Positions 26,296 through 36,102 of a stretch of 64,000 nt of DNA are shown piece after piece. The stretch is taken from positions 1 to 64,000 of the forward strand of contig JBEBGD010000013.1 in assembly GCA_040081625.1 (NCBI GenBank), written 5' to 3'. The notes beneath the pieces were generated by a model. That model did no database searches. It was given only the letters and a program-made list of their open reading frames with translations, and was not told the DNA's origin. A program made the position numbers and the translations under genes. The DNA comes from Chthoniobacteraceae bacterium. GTDB lineage: Bacteria; Verrucomicrobiota; Verrucomicrobiia; Chthoniobacterales; Chthoniobacteraceae. Every line of letters starts with the position of its first letter. Positions within the stretch are counted from its first letter, which is position 1.

Positions 26296-27684
26296 ATGAT
26301 CCGCCTCCTCGCGCTGCTCACCGCGTTCACTTTCGCCGCGTCGGCGAAACCGAACATCATCATCATCTTCGCCGACGATCTCGGCTACGGTGACCTCGGC
26401 AGCTACGGGCACCCGACCATCCGCACGCCGAACCTCGACCGCATGGCCAGCGAAGGAATGCGCTTCACCGATTTCTACTCCGCCGCCGAGGTCTGCACGC
26501 CGAGCCGCACGGCTCTGCTCACGGGTCGATACCCCATCCGCAGCGGGATGTGCCACGACCGTTTCCGCGTGCTGCGCAACGTCTCCACCGGGCACTTGCC
26601 CGAAGCCGAAGTGACGCTCGCCGAGCTGCTCAAGGCGCAGGGTTACTCGACCGGTTGCGTCGGCAAGTGGCACCTCGGCGTGTGGACGAACAACCCCGCC
26701 GGCCATCCGAAAAATCACGGCTTCGATTACTTCTACGGCCTGCCGCACTCGAACGACATGGACCCGATCGGCCCGCGCCCAAAGGACGAGGACAACAAGG
26801 ACAACCCGGACCCGAAGTGGTGGAAGGCGCCGCTCTTTGAGGATGAAAAACTCATCGAGCAACCGGCCGACCAGACCACACTCACTCGCCGCTACACCGA
26901 GCAGGCGGTGCGATTCATCGCGGAGAAAAAGGGCGGCCCATTCTTCCTCTACCTCCCGCACACGTTCCCGCACACGCCGCTGTTCGCGTCGGACAAATTC
27001 CGCGACAAGAGCCCGCGCGGCCGCTACGGCGACGTGGTCGAGGAGCTCGACTGGAACGTCGGCCTGGTGCTCGACGCGGTGCGCGCCGCGGGCATCGAGA
27101 AAAACACGTTCGTCTTTTTCACGAGCGACAACGGCCCGTGGCTGATCCGCGGCCTCGCCGGCGGCAGCGCGGGCCTGCTGCGCGACGGCAAGGGCTCAAC
27201 CTACGAAGGCGGGATGCGCGTGCCGGGGATCGCGTGGATGCCGGGCCGCGTGCCCGCCGGCAGCGTGTGCCGCGAGATCGCGAGCACGATGGACCTCTTC
27301 ACCACCTGCGCCACGTGGGCCGGCGCGAAAGTGCCCGCCGACCGCGCGATCGATGGCCTCGACATCACGCCGCTTCTCACCGCGAGCGGCACGCTGAAAC
27401 GCGACGCGTATCTATATTACCGCGGCACGCAGCTCTTCGCCGCGCGGCTCGGGAAGTGGAAGGCGCACTACCTCACGCAGCCCGGTTACTTCCAGCCCAA
27501 GCCCGACCCTCACGACCCGCCGCTGCTCTACGACCTCCAGGCCGACCCCGGCGAGAGCTTCGACGTCGCCGCGCAACACCCCGACGTGCTCGCGCAGATC
27601 GCCGCCGCAGTCGAACGCCACCGCGCGAGCGTGAAGCCCGTGCCGACTCAGTTCGAAGCGGCCGTGGCGCAGGCGGGCCGCTGA
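26296..27684 (+). CDS. Secreted arylsulfatase-like sulfatase
   Basis: PNIIIIFADDLGYGD, formylglycine motif CTPSRTALLTGR, GKWHLG, SDNG. Confidence 0.93.
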   Translation: MIRLLALLTAFTFAASAKPNIIIIFADDLGYGDLGSYGHPTIRTPNLDRMASEGMRFTDFYSAAEVCTPSRTALLTGRYPIRSGMCHDRFRVLRNVSTGHLPEAEVTLAELLKAQGYSTGCVGKWHLGVWTNNPAGHPKNHGFDYFYGLPHSNDMDPIGPRPKDEDNKDNPDPKWWKAPLFEDEKLIEQPADQTTLTRRYTEQAVRFIAEKKGGPFFLYLPHTFPHTPLFASDKFRDKSPRGRYGDVVEELDWNVGLVLDAVRAAGIEKNTFVFFTSDNGPWLIRGLAGGSAGLLRDGKGSTYEGGMRVPGIAWMPGRVPAGSVCREIASTMDLFTTCATWAGAKVPADRAIDGLDITPLLTASGTLKRDAYLYYRGTQLFAARLGKWKAHYLTQPGYFQPKPDPHDPPLLYDLQADPGESFDVAAQHPDVLAQIAAAVERHRASVKPVPTQFEAAVAQAGR

Positions 27685-27685
27685 G

Positions 27686-30600
27686 CTAAGGCACCTCGGT
27701 CACGACGATCGCCGTCGTTTTGTCGGTGAAGGTCGCGAGCCACACGACCTGCTGCGCGGCGTTGTAGCCGCGCGTCACGCCCATGCTGCCCTTGGTCGCG
27801 TTGAGCAGCGTGAAGCTCTTGAGCGTCTTGCCGAGGAGGATTTCATCCGGCAAGCCGGTGCGGAAGAGCAGACGCGGCGCGCCGTTGAAGTCGCACGCCC
27901 ACACGCCGCTCGCGCTCTTCGCGGTCACGTTGGTTCGATTCGGCACGAGCGTGGCGGTGAAGATCGGTCCGCGATTCGTCGCGATGGCGAGCGACGGAAA
28001 TGTCTTCCACTTCGCGCCGGGCAGGTCGGCGGCGTCGGCGCCGCCTTGCGCGATCAGCATCGGTGCGCCCCCGGACGGCTGCCACCACAGCGTCGTCGCC
28101 GCGGTGCCTTTGGCGGTGATCGTCGCGGGGAAGGTGAGGCCGCCGTCGTCGGAGAGGATCGGATCCTTGAGCAGCTTAAAATTCGCGCCGGTCGCACCCG
28201 CGGGCTGGCCGACCCGCGCGATCGTGGCGAAGTCGCCGCCCATGGAATTCATGAAGATGCCGCTCGCGTTCGCCTTCGTCACGGTCGGGCCGATGGCGAG
28301 TTTCGCGAGGAATGCGACGTCGTCGATCGCGTTGGCGGTCGGCAGGCCGAAGCTCGCGAACATTTCGCCCGCCGCGTTGGTGTCGTTGTTGAGCTTGCCG
28401 ACACCGTTGCCGGCCTGGAGCACGATGGGCGTCCTGTCGGTGTAGGTCGCGAGCGCGAGCATCCAGCTCACGTTGGATTGGCGCACCCATCCACGGCCCG
28501 CGCCGGGCGAGCCGTTGCCGGTCTTGAACGCGACGAGTGTCTTGATCGGGACCGTGAGCGGGTCCGAGCCTTCGCGAAGCGCGAGGTCGAGCGGCTGCGC
28601 GCCGTCCTTGAGCCACAAGCCGGTGTCAGTCGCGACGGTCACTTTCGGCGAGCCGCCGGTGATCTGCGCGAGGAAGCCGACCGCGTCTCCCGCGACGCCG
28701 ACGCTGCTGAAGCTCTTGAACTTCGCATCGTCCGCATTCGGCGCGGTTGTGCCGCTCTGCGCGAGCACCGTCATCGGCCCGGTCGCAGGACCGAAGATGA
28801 CGACCGTGCCTTTCACCGCGCCGGTGATCGTCGCGATGCACGCGACGTTGCCCGCGCTGATGACAGGATCGTTGAAACTCTTGAACGTCGCACCGGTGAT
28901 GCCCGGCACATCGCGGCCGACGAGCGCGAGCGCGGCGAGATCGGTGAAAAGTCCGGCGCCTTTGCCGCTCGTCGCGCTGTTCCATTTCGCGGTGAACGCG
29001 AGGTGCCCGTCGTCGTCGATCGCCGGCACGCCGAAGCTCGCGAGCAGTGCATCGCCAGGCGGGCCGTCGGGCGCGCCAGCGTCCGGCGCGGGGTTATCCT
29101 TCGCGAAGATCGTGGTGTGAACCGGAGCAGCGAGAGGCGCGCGATTGATCGTCACCGAGTAGGTCATCGTCGCCACGCCGTCCTCCGCGGTCACCTTCAC
29201 CTGCACTTGGTTTGCGCCGACATTGAGCGCCACTGGATTGCCCGGAGCCTGAAGAATGCTCGCTGCTGCATCGGCCGCCGCGACCGATACCGTCGCGCTC
29301 GCGGTCGCATGATTCACCGCAGTCGTGTAGGTGATCACCGCCGCGTCGAAGTCCGGCGAGAGCGTCGCACCCGCCACGCTTAGCGCGCTCAAGCGCGCAT
29401 CGTTCGATCCGCCTCCGGGCACTGTCTCCATTGGTGTGACGACAAACTGCGCCTGCGCCATCTGGCCCGCGTAGCCGGCTTCGATCGTCGCATTCCCCAC
29501 CGCCTTGAGGCTCACGATGCCGCTAGGCGAAACGTCCGCCGTGGCCGGAGTCAGCGAACTGAACGACACCGTCGTCGCTTCGGGAAAGACGAGGAGGCGC
29601 GAGCCATCGGAATAGTTCGCCCACAAGTGCAGCACGAGGCTCGTGCCTGCGGGAAGAGTGGCCGCTACCGGGTCCAGTTCGATCCCTGTGAGCGTCGCGG
29701 AGGGCGGTGCGATCGAAACGACTTTGACCGCAGTGGCGAAGGCGATTCCGCCATCCGCCAGCGCGTAGTGGGCCGAGAGAAGCACGTCGCCCACCACTCC
29801 GGCGTCCACGGTCACGGTCACCTTGCGCGAGTCCTGCGAATCGACGGCGAGGCTTACGCCGTCTTGCGTCACGCCATCCTGGCCGAAGACATCCACGTTC
29901 CAAACCACCATGCCTTCCACCGGGTAGTCCGCCGGCGGATTGAGCATGAAGGCATACGTGCTCGCGGAAGGGGCCGCGGCTTGCGCCTGATGCGGAAGAA
30001 ACATTTCCCGTGCGATCACATTCCCAACGAAAAGTGTCAGAGCCGCTGCGGCTTCGACGGCATTCCTTTCGCTCGTCGGGAGCAAAGGCGGAACCCGGAA
30101 AGAGCCGAAAGATGTAGCCGCACCCTTCAGCACCGTGCTCACCAAGCCGGCCACTTCGCTAGAACTCACATCGTCTGAACTTGCCCCAAACAAGCTTAGT
30201 GGCTGAGCGTGCGCGATGTTACTCGTGCCGGGCAGCGTGAGAACCTTGCCGGCGGGATTCCCTTGCGCCTGCAAATCTACGATCCCATCGGATCCTTGCG
30301 GAAACACAACCGGACCGCGAGTCGAGTTGAGCCCGAGAATGCGGTCGCTGAGATTGTTCCTGGACGACGTGGGCGCCTGCCCATCGTTCACTGTCGTCCG
30401 CACAAGAAGGAATTTCGCCGCAATGTCCGGGGTCCAGCGTCCGCCCGGCGCGTTGAGGTCAGAAATCTGGTCACCCCACGGATCAAATTTTGGTTGGAGT
30501 AGGCCAGACAGCACGAGGAACTGCGGAACTGCCGAATAGATATTAGCATCCTGCGCGAGGCGTTGCGCGTAACGCACCACTCGAGTGCCATTGTGCGGGG

Positions 30601-32707
30601 AGCCAATCGTCACCGCGCGCCGGAAGCGGCCGCGATTCGCGTTGGCCGCGTTGCGAAAGGAGGGGACCGATCCTCCATTCACGGAGCTGAGCATCCGCAG
30701 GAGAACCCCGCCCTGGCTGTGGCCCACAGTATCGTATCGGAGGAAGGCCCATTTTGCGCGGAGCGGCGACCCTTGGGATTCGATCTGCGATTCAAGTTGC
30801 TGGTCCAGCAGGCGCGCGCAGGTGGAAAGCGACCCGTAGGTGTTCTGCGTCGCGAACTGCACCCCTAAGATCGTCGTTACGCCATACTGGATCACCGTCA
30901 CGAAACCAGGGGGCCGGTCCACCTCGAGCGCGCCAGTGAAATTCGCGCCCCATCCACCGGTCGTATTATACCCGTGGACCAGCACCACCGGCGGCCGGCA
31001 GATCTTAAAACTCTCGGTGGTTGGGACGCCGATCCCATCAGCGGGCTCCACGGTGAGTTCCACCGTCACCTCAGGACCGTCGTCCGGCGACTGGATAAAG
31101 CTCGCGTCGAGTCCCTCCACATAGGCGAACGCCACCGGCGGATCGTCCTCCGGCGAAAAGGTGACGGTATCCTGACCGGCGGCGTAGGGCACCCACGCGG
31201 AACCATCGAAGAGACGCAGCTTCGCCTCGATCTCGCTGGGCAGGTGGTTTCCCGACACGCTTTCCACGCGGATGCGATAGGGCTTGGGTGCGGGCGGAGC
31301 TTCGGGCAGTCGGATCTGGAGCAGCAGCGGACTGACCCCATCGGCCACGAGGCCCTCGGTCACCTCGGCTTGTTCCAGCAGGCATTCGCGCTTCAGAACA
31401 GGCACCAGCGCCGTATCGATCCCCACTCCATCCTCCGAGTTGGAAAAATTATCCGGCGCCACTTGGTGAAAGGTCAGCTTCGGCGCCTGCTGCGACACCC
31501 GGTAGAAAATCTGGTTGAGCCCGTTGCGATTGTCCTGCCAGACGAAAGCGATGGAGGTCGCGCGGATGCCGATGGCGTGATTGAAAGCCGAGCCCGTGCT
31601 CTGGGAGATATTCGTCTGGGGATAGCCATTGGCCGAGCGCACATAAATATCTGCCGTGGCCTCGCGAAAATCGCCCCACCCAAAGAAAATGTCGCCATAC
31701 CCCGCGGCGATGTTCGGGCGCTGCGCGACAGCACCTGGCTTTGAAATAACGAAGTCGTCGAGCTCAGTCACGCCATCGTGGTTCGTCTCCTGCCAGATGA
31801 CCGAGCCGCCCGTTGTGGACCAGGTGATTTCGACAAGCCCCAACTCCCCCCGTGCGATTTCGGGGCCGCCCAGATCGTAAACATCCCGCGTATTCGCGAT
31901 CTCGCTCCAAAAGTCGTCGCCGATTCTGCCATAGCCGATGCTTGCGCCGGTCCACGCCGGGTCGGTGGCATACCATACGGCATGCGCCGTCCCACTCGAA
32001 TCGAAGGACAGGTCGGGGTGTTGCGCGCGATAGGTCGGAGAGGACGCATTCCGCAAAAAATATAAGCTGACGCGAGAGTCCCGGTTCGGGTTCCCTGACC
32101 CATCCAGTTCGATGTAGGACAGCTCCTCATCGTAGCGAGTGACATTGATCGATCCGATCGGCACGACGTAGGAATTGCGCACCTCCGCCACCACCGCGGG
32201 CAAGCCGGTGATGGGGTTGACATCGATGCTGGGAAAACTGTCGCTCTCCGACGCGAAGAAACCGATCGGAAACATCGTGAATGCCTTGAGGGCCACGCGC
32301 ACTCCGTTGGAAACCTTCAAATAAATCAGGATCGAATTGACCCCGAGGCTGCTGGTGATGATGTGGGCATCGCCGGTCGCATCCACGGCCACGCGTGGAA
32401 TGGCGGTCGTGGCGAAATCGTAAACTCGCGTCGCAGGGATGGACACGTTGTTTTCCGCATCCACTTGCGCGTAGTAGACGAAAAAGTCCGGCCCCCTCCA
32501 GACCACGTGAGAGCGCCCTGCCGAGTCTATGGCAATGTCCGGCAGCGAACCGCCATCCGGACTCAACAGCAACGGGTCGTCCATTGCCCCCGGCGGCGTT
32601 CCGATCGGAGTGCCGGGATCCACCGCCGAATCGAGATTCCCCAACGCAGAATCCATCGGCGACGCGAGGAGGGCGAGCGCGACGAGAAATTTGAAAAGTC
32701 GGTTCAT
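27686..32707 (-). CDS. Large secreted multidomain protein: beta-propeller, alpha/beta hydrolase, Ig-like, cadherin-like, C-terminal repeat domain
   Basis: Signal MNRLFKFLVALALLA; blades such as PDIAIDSAGRSHVVW; lipase motifs VLVHGYN, GHSQGG, TIGSPHNG; NDARLSALSVAG..LSPDFDA cadherin-like start; P.I...G..AF.A repeats at the C-terminus. Confidence 0.8.
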   Translation of the reverse strand: MNRLFKFLVALALLASPMDSALGNLDSAVDPGTPIGTPPGAMDDPLLLSPDGGSLPDIAIDSAGRSHVVWRGPDFFVYYAQVDAENNVSIPATRVYDFATTAIPRVAVDATGDAHIITSSLGVNSILIYLKVSNGVRVALKAFTMFPIGFFASESDSFPSIDVNPITGLPAVVAEVRNSYVVPIGSINVTRYDEELSYIELDGSGNPNRDSRVSLYFLRNASSPTYRAQHPDLSFDSSGTAHAVWYATDPAWTGASIGYGRIGDDFWSEIANTRDVYDLGGPEIARGELGLVEITWSTTGGSVIWQETNHDGVTELDDFVISKPGAVAQRPNIAAGYGDIFFGWGDFREATADIYVRSANGYPQTNISQSTGSAFNHAIGIRATSIAFVWQDNRNGLNQIFYRVSQQAPKLTFHQVAPDNFSNSEDGVGIDTALVPVLKRECLLEQAEVTEGLVADGVSPLLLQIRLPEAPPAPKPYRIRVESVSGNHLPSEIEAKLRLFDGSAWVPYAAGQDTVTFSPEDDPPVAFAYVEGLDASFIQSPDDGPEVTVELTVEPADGIGVPTTESFKICRPPVVLVHGYNTTGGWGANFTGALEVDRPPGFVTVIQYGVTTILGVQFATQNTYGSLSTCARLLDQQLESQIESQGSPLRAKWAFLRYDTVGHSQGGVLLRMLSSVNGGSVPSFRNAANANRGRFRRAVTIGSPHNGTRVVRYAQRLAQDANIYSAVPQFLVLSGLLQPKFDPWGDQISDLNAPGGRWTPDIAAKFLLVRTTVNDGQAPTSSRNNLSDRILGLNSTRGPVVFPQGSDGIVDLQAQGNPAGKVLTLPGTSNIAHAQPLSLFGASSDDVSSSEVAGLVSTVLKGAATSFGSFRVPPLLPTSERNAVEAAAALTLFVGNVIAREMFLPHQAQAAAPSASTYAFMLNPPADYPVEGMVVWNVDVFGQDGVTQDGVSLAVDSQDSRKVTVTVDAGVVGDVLLSAHYALADGGIAFATAVKVVSIAPPSATLTGIELDPVAATLPAGTSLVLHLWANYSDGSRLLVFPEATTVSFSSLTPATADVSPSGIVSLKAVGNATIEAGYAGQMAQAQFVVTPMETVPGGGSNDARLSALSVAGATLSPDFDAAVITYTTAVNHATASATVSVAAADAAASILQAPGNPVALNVGANQVQVKVTAEDGVATMTYSVTINRAPLAAPVHTTIFAKDNPAPDAGAPDGPPGDALLASFGVPAIDDDGHLAFTAKWNSATSGKGAGLFTDLAALALVGRDVPGITGATFKSFNDPVISAGNVACIATITGAVKGTVVIFGPATGPMTVLAQSGTTAPNADDAKFKSFSSVGVAGDAVGFLAQITGGSPKVTVATDTGLWLKDGAQPLDLALREGSDPLTVPIKTLVAFKTGNGSPGAGRGWVRQSNVSWMLALATYTDRTPIVLQAGNGVGKLNNDTNAAGEMFASFGLPTANAIDDVAFLAKLAIGPTVTKANASGIFMNSMGGDFATIARVGQPAGATGANFKLLKDPILSDDGGLTFPATITAKGTAATTLWWQPSGGAPMLIAQGGADAADLPGAKWKTFPSLAIATNRGPIFTATLVPNRTNVTAKSASGVWACDFNGAPRLLFRTGLPDEILLGKTLKSFTLLNATKGSMGVTRGYNAAQQVVWLATFTDKTTAIVVTEVP

Positions 32708-32838
32708 GGTGGAGTGTGGACCCGAGAGGCCGACGAACCGCGGGGCCGCGCCAGCCCGTCTGACGAATTGCAGCGCGAGAGAACAACCGCGTCGGCGTGC
32801 GGTCAAGCGGCGTCGCGGACGGTTTGTGTTTCGTATTT

Positions 32839-32861
32839 GTAGGGCAAGCGCATCGCTTGCC
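32839..32861 (+). repeat. GTAG-type REP hairpin, copy 1
   Basis: GTAG GGCAAGCG CAT CGCTTGCC: a perfect 8-bp stem 19 nt from the RAYT stop codon. Confidence 0.85.
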
Positions 32862-32880
32862 GGAGCGGGCGGCGAATTCG

Positions 32881-33342
32881 TTAGAGGGGTCTTGGATTCG
32901 CGGGCGCGATCTCGGATTCGGCGAACCAATAAGGCCACGCATCGGGATCGGTGACGAGGCCGGCGCGAACGGGGTTTTGCCAAATGTATTCCCACTTCTG
33001 CTGCGCGGATTCATCGGCGCGCAGCAGGCGGTCGAAGCTGCCGGGTTGCCACTCCCACCGCTCGCGAAACGGCTCACGGGTCCAGCGTTTCAGCGCACCC
33101 GAAAGATTGCCGACCGGCTGCTCGCGCTCGCGCAGCGGACGCGCGAGGACGTGGATGTGATCGGGCATGAGCACCGCGGCGGCGGCCTGCCAGTCACGCA
33201 GGCGCTCGATCGCCGCGCGAAAAGCTGTCCACACCTCGGGACACGCGAGCACAGGCCGGCGCGGCTGGACGCAGAAGGTGAGGAACCATGTCACGCGGTG
33301 GTCGAGCGGCAGCAGGACCGGGATGCGCGGCGGGTGAGCCAT
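32881..33342 (-). mobile_element. REP-associated tyrosine transposase (RAYT / TnpA-REP, IS200-like HUH Y1 family)
   Basis: FLTFC, MPDHIH (HUH), WQPGSFDRLLR, YIWQNPVRAGLV (catalytic Tyr), WPY; flanked by GTAG hairpins. Confidence 0.9.
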
Positions 33343-33393
33343 GCCTCGCGGCGTAGTCGGATCGACGTGCGCGAGCACGCCGATTTTGTTTCT

Positions 33394-33458
33394 GTAGGGC
33401 AAGCGCTCCGCTTGCCAGGGCGGCGGCAGGAATGCGGCAAGCGGGGCGCTTGACCTAC
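33394..33458. repeat. REPIN: two inverted GTAG REP copies
   Basis: GTAG GGCAAGCG CTC CGCTTGCC (33394-33416, +), a 19-nt spacer, then GGCAAGCG GGG CGCTTGAC CTAC (33436-33458, -). Confidence 0.88.
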
Positions 33459-36085
33459 AGGGATCTGGCAAGATCGAGCGCCTCATCCGGCGAGAGCTTG
33501 CGGCCTTCCGTCCAGCTCTCGTCGAAACTCGCAGGCGCAAGCGCCGCGCGCATCTGCGCGATGGCACCGTCATAGGCTGGCAGTTCGCCGGGGCCGGGCG
33601 TGAGGCCGAGTCGCTCGCGCATCACCGACGCGGCACCGTAGAGGCGCGCGGCACGGGCGGGATCGCTCTCGCCGACGGCGATGTTGCCGAATCCTTCGAG
33701 CACATACGGCACGGACCATTCGTTGCCGAGTTCCTCGCCGATCGCGGCGGCCTCCACGAGCAGCTCGCGCGCGGCGGCGAAGTCGCCCTGCGGGATCACG
33801 ACTCGCGTGAGGCTCAGCGTCATCAATCCGATGACCCACTTGTCGCCGGTCTGCTGGTAAGTCGCGATGCTCTCCTCCTTGAGCGCGCGTGCCTTTGCGT
33901 GGTCGCCCTCGGTGTTGAAGATCGTGCCGAGGCCGCTGAGCGAGAGCGCGAGCAGCGGCCGGTCGCCGGTCTGTCGCGCAAATGCAGCGGTCGCCTCGAG
34001 GTGCTCGCGCGAGGCGGCGAGCCGGCCGTCGGACCATTCGAGGAAGCCGAGCAGCGCGCGGGTGTGCGCGGCTTCGCGTTCGAGGCCGAGTTCGCGGTAA
34101 AGAGCGATCGCCTGCGTGTAGAGTTCGCGCGCGGTTGCGTCGTCGTCCTGGCAGAAGACGATCCGCCCCGCGCTGGCGAGTGCCTTTGCGCGCACCTCGG
34201 GCCGCACGTCGGCGGCGTGCGAGAGCAGCGTGGTGAAGTGGTCGCGTCCCTCGGTGAGATAGTTGCGCACTTCCAGATAACGCTCGATCGCACTCGCGAG
34301 CCGCAGCCCCAACTCGGCGTGCGACGACTCGCTGCTCCACTCGAGCGCGAGCCGCAGGTTGCCGTGCTCGGCGGCGAGTTTTTCGATCCACTCCGCCTGC
34401 TCCGGGCCGTGCAGCTTCGGCTCCGCCTCCTCGGCGACGCGCACGAAGTATTCGAGATGCCGCGTGCAGACCTGCTCGGTCTCGCCGGCCGCGGCGAGCT
34501 TGCCGCGCGCGTAATCCCACACCGACTCGAGCAGGAAATAGCGGGCGCTGCCGCTGTCGGTGTGCTCGGCGCTGACGAGCGATTTGTCGATGAGCTGCTG
34601 GAGCAGATCGAGGATCTCCCAGCGCTCGACGCCGTCTCCGGAGCAGACTTCCTCGACCGCGCGCAACGTGCGGCCGCGCCCGAAGACCGCGAGCCGGCGC
34701 AGCAGCGCGCGCTCCTTTTCCGAGAGCAGATCGTAGCTCCAGTCGATGAGCGCGGTGAGTGTCTGCTGGCGCGGCAGCACGCTGCGCCCGCCGCCAGTGA
34801 GGAGGTGAAAGCGGTCGTCGAGGCGGCGGAGGATCTGATCCGGCGCGAGCATCTTCACGCGCGCGGCGGCGAGTTCGATCGCAAGCGGGATGCCGTCGAG
34901 CCGGAAGCAAATCTTCGCGATCGTCGCCGCGTTTTCGTCGGTGAGCGCAAATGCCGGCTGCACCACCGCCGCGCGCTCGACGAAAAGACGCACCGCCTCG
35001 AATTCGCCGGCCGTGCTCGCGAGGATCGGGTTCGCGCTCCGCGTTGAAAAAAGATCCGGCAGCGAAAGCGTCGGCACCGCGTAGGTCGTCTCGCCGGAGA
35101 TCGCGAGTGCTTCGCGACTGGACGCGAGGATGCGCAGCCCCGGCCCGCCGCGGAGCAGGCGCCCGGCGAGTTGCGCGCACGCGGCGACGAGGTGCTCGCA
35201 GTTGTCGAGCAGCAGCAGCAGTTTCTTCGTGCGGAGGAAATCGATCAGCGATTCCTCGATCGCGCGCTCCGGGTCTTCGCGCACACCGAGCGCGGCTGCG
35301 GTGGTGACGGCGACGAGCGCGGGATCGGCGATCGTCGCCAGTTCGACCAGCCAGACGCCGTCGGCGAAGGTCGCGAGCAAGCCCGCGGCGACTTCGAGCG
35401 AGAGCCGCGTCTTGCCCGTGCCGCCGGGGCCGGTGAGCGTCACGAGACGCGAGCTTTCCACGAGCCGCTTCACGTCCGCCAGTTCGCGCTCGCGTCCCAC
35501 GAACGTCGTGAGTTGGAGCGGGAGATTGTTCGGCAGCACTTCGAGCGAACGCAGTGGCGGAAACTCGTCCGGCAGCCCCGGCGCGATGAGCTGGAAGATG
35601 CGCTCCGGCCGCGAGAGATCGCGCAGCCGGCGCTCGCCGAGGTCGCGCAGCGTGATGCCTTGCGGCAGCGCGAGGTCCTCCCGCGCCGCGCGCGAAAGCA
35701 GCGTCTGCCCGCCGTGGCCCGCCGAGAGCAGGCGCGAAGTGCGGTTGAGCGTCGGGCCGAAGTAGTCGTCGTTGCGCTGCTCGGCCGGTCCGCGGTGGAG
35801 CGCCATGCGCACGCGCAAAGGCCGCGACGTTTCCCAATCCTCCGCCGCGAGTGCGCGCTGCGCCTGGATCGCACCGTGGAGGGCGGGCGCCGAGTCGTCG
35901 AACGCGACGAGCACGGAATCGCCCATCGTCTTAAACACATCACCGCCGAGCGTGGAAAAAATGTCGTGCAGCAGCGTGTCGTGCCGCGCGAGCGCCTGCG
36001 CCATCAGCTCCGGGCTCTCCTCCCAAAGGCGCGAACTGCCTTCGATATCGGTGAAGACGAAAGTGAAGTTCGGATGATCGCTCAT
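33455..36085 (-). CDS. Class III adenylate/guanylate cyclase + STAND (NB-ARC-like) ATPase + TPR protein
   Basis: FTDIEGS, KTMGDS, RVRMALH.G, DYFGPTLNRTSR; P-loop GPGGTGKT, LLLDNCEH, LDGIPLAIELAA; TPR-like C-terminus. Real start is MSDHP at 36085. Confidence 0.9.
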   Translation of the reverse strand: MSDHPNFTFVFTDIEGSSRLWEESPELMAQALARHDTLLHDIFSTLGGDVFKTMGDSVLVAFDDSAPALHGAIQAQRALAAEDWETSRPLRVRMALHRGPAEQRNDDYFGPTLNRTSRLLSAGHGGQTLLSRAAREDLALPQGITLRDLGERRLRDLSRPERIFQLIAPGLPDEFPPLRSLEVLPNNLPLQLTTFVGRERELADVKRLVESSRLVTLTGPGGTGKTRLSLEVAAGLLATFADGVWLVELATIADPALVAVTTAAALGVREDPERAIEESLIDFLRTKKLLLLLDNCEHLVAACAQLAGRLLRGGPGLRILASSREALAISGETTYAVPTLSLPDLFSTRSANPILASTAGEFEAVRLFVERAAVVQPAFALTDENAATIAKICFRLDGIPLAIELAAARVKMLAPDQILRRLDDRFHLLTGGGRSVLPRQQTLTALIDWSYDLLSEKERALLRRLAVFGRGRTLRAVEEVCSGDGVERWEILDLLQQLIDKSLVSAEHTDSGSARYFLLESVWDYARGKLAAAGETEQVCTRHLEYFVRVAEEAEPKLHGPEQAEWIEKLAAEHGNLRLALEWSSESSHAELGLRLASAIERYLEVRNYLTEGRDHFTTLLSHAADVRPEVRAKALASAGRIVFCQDDDATARELYTQAIALYRELGLEREAAHTRALLGFLEWSDGRLAASREHLEATAAFARQTGDRPLLALSLSGLGTIFNTEGDHAKARALKEESIATYQQTGDKWVIGLMTLSLTRVVIPQGDFAAARELLVEAAAIGEELGNEWSVPYVLEGFGNIAVGESDPARAARLYGAASVMRERLGLTPGPGELPAYDGAIAQMRAALAPASFDESWTEGRKLSPDEALDLARSL

Positions 36086-36102
36086 CGGCGGGCGTGAGCG
36101 CC

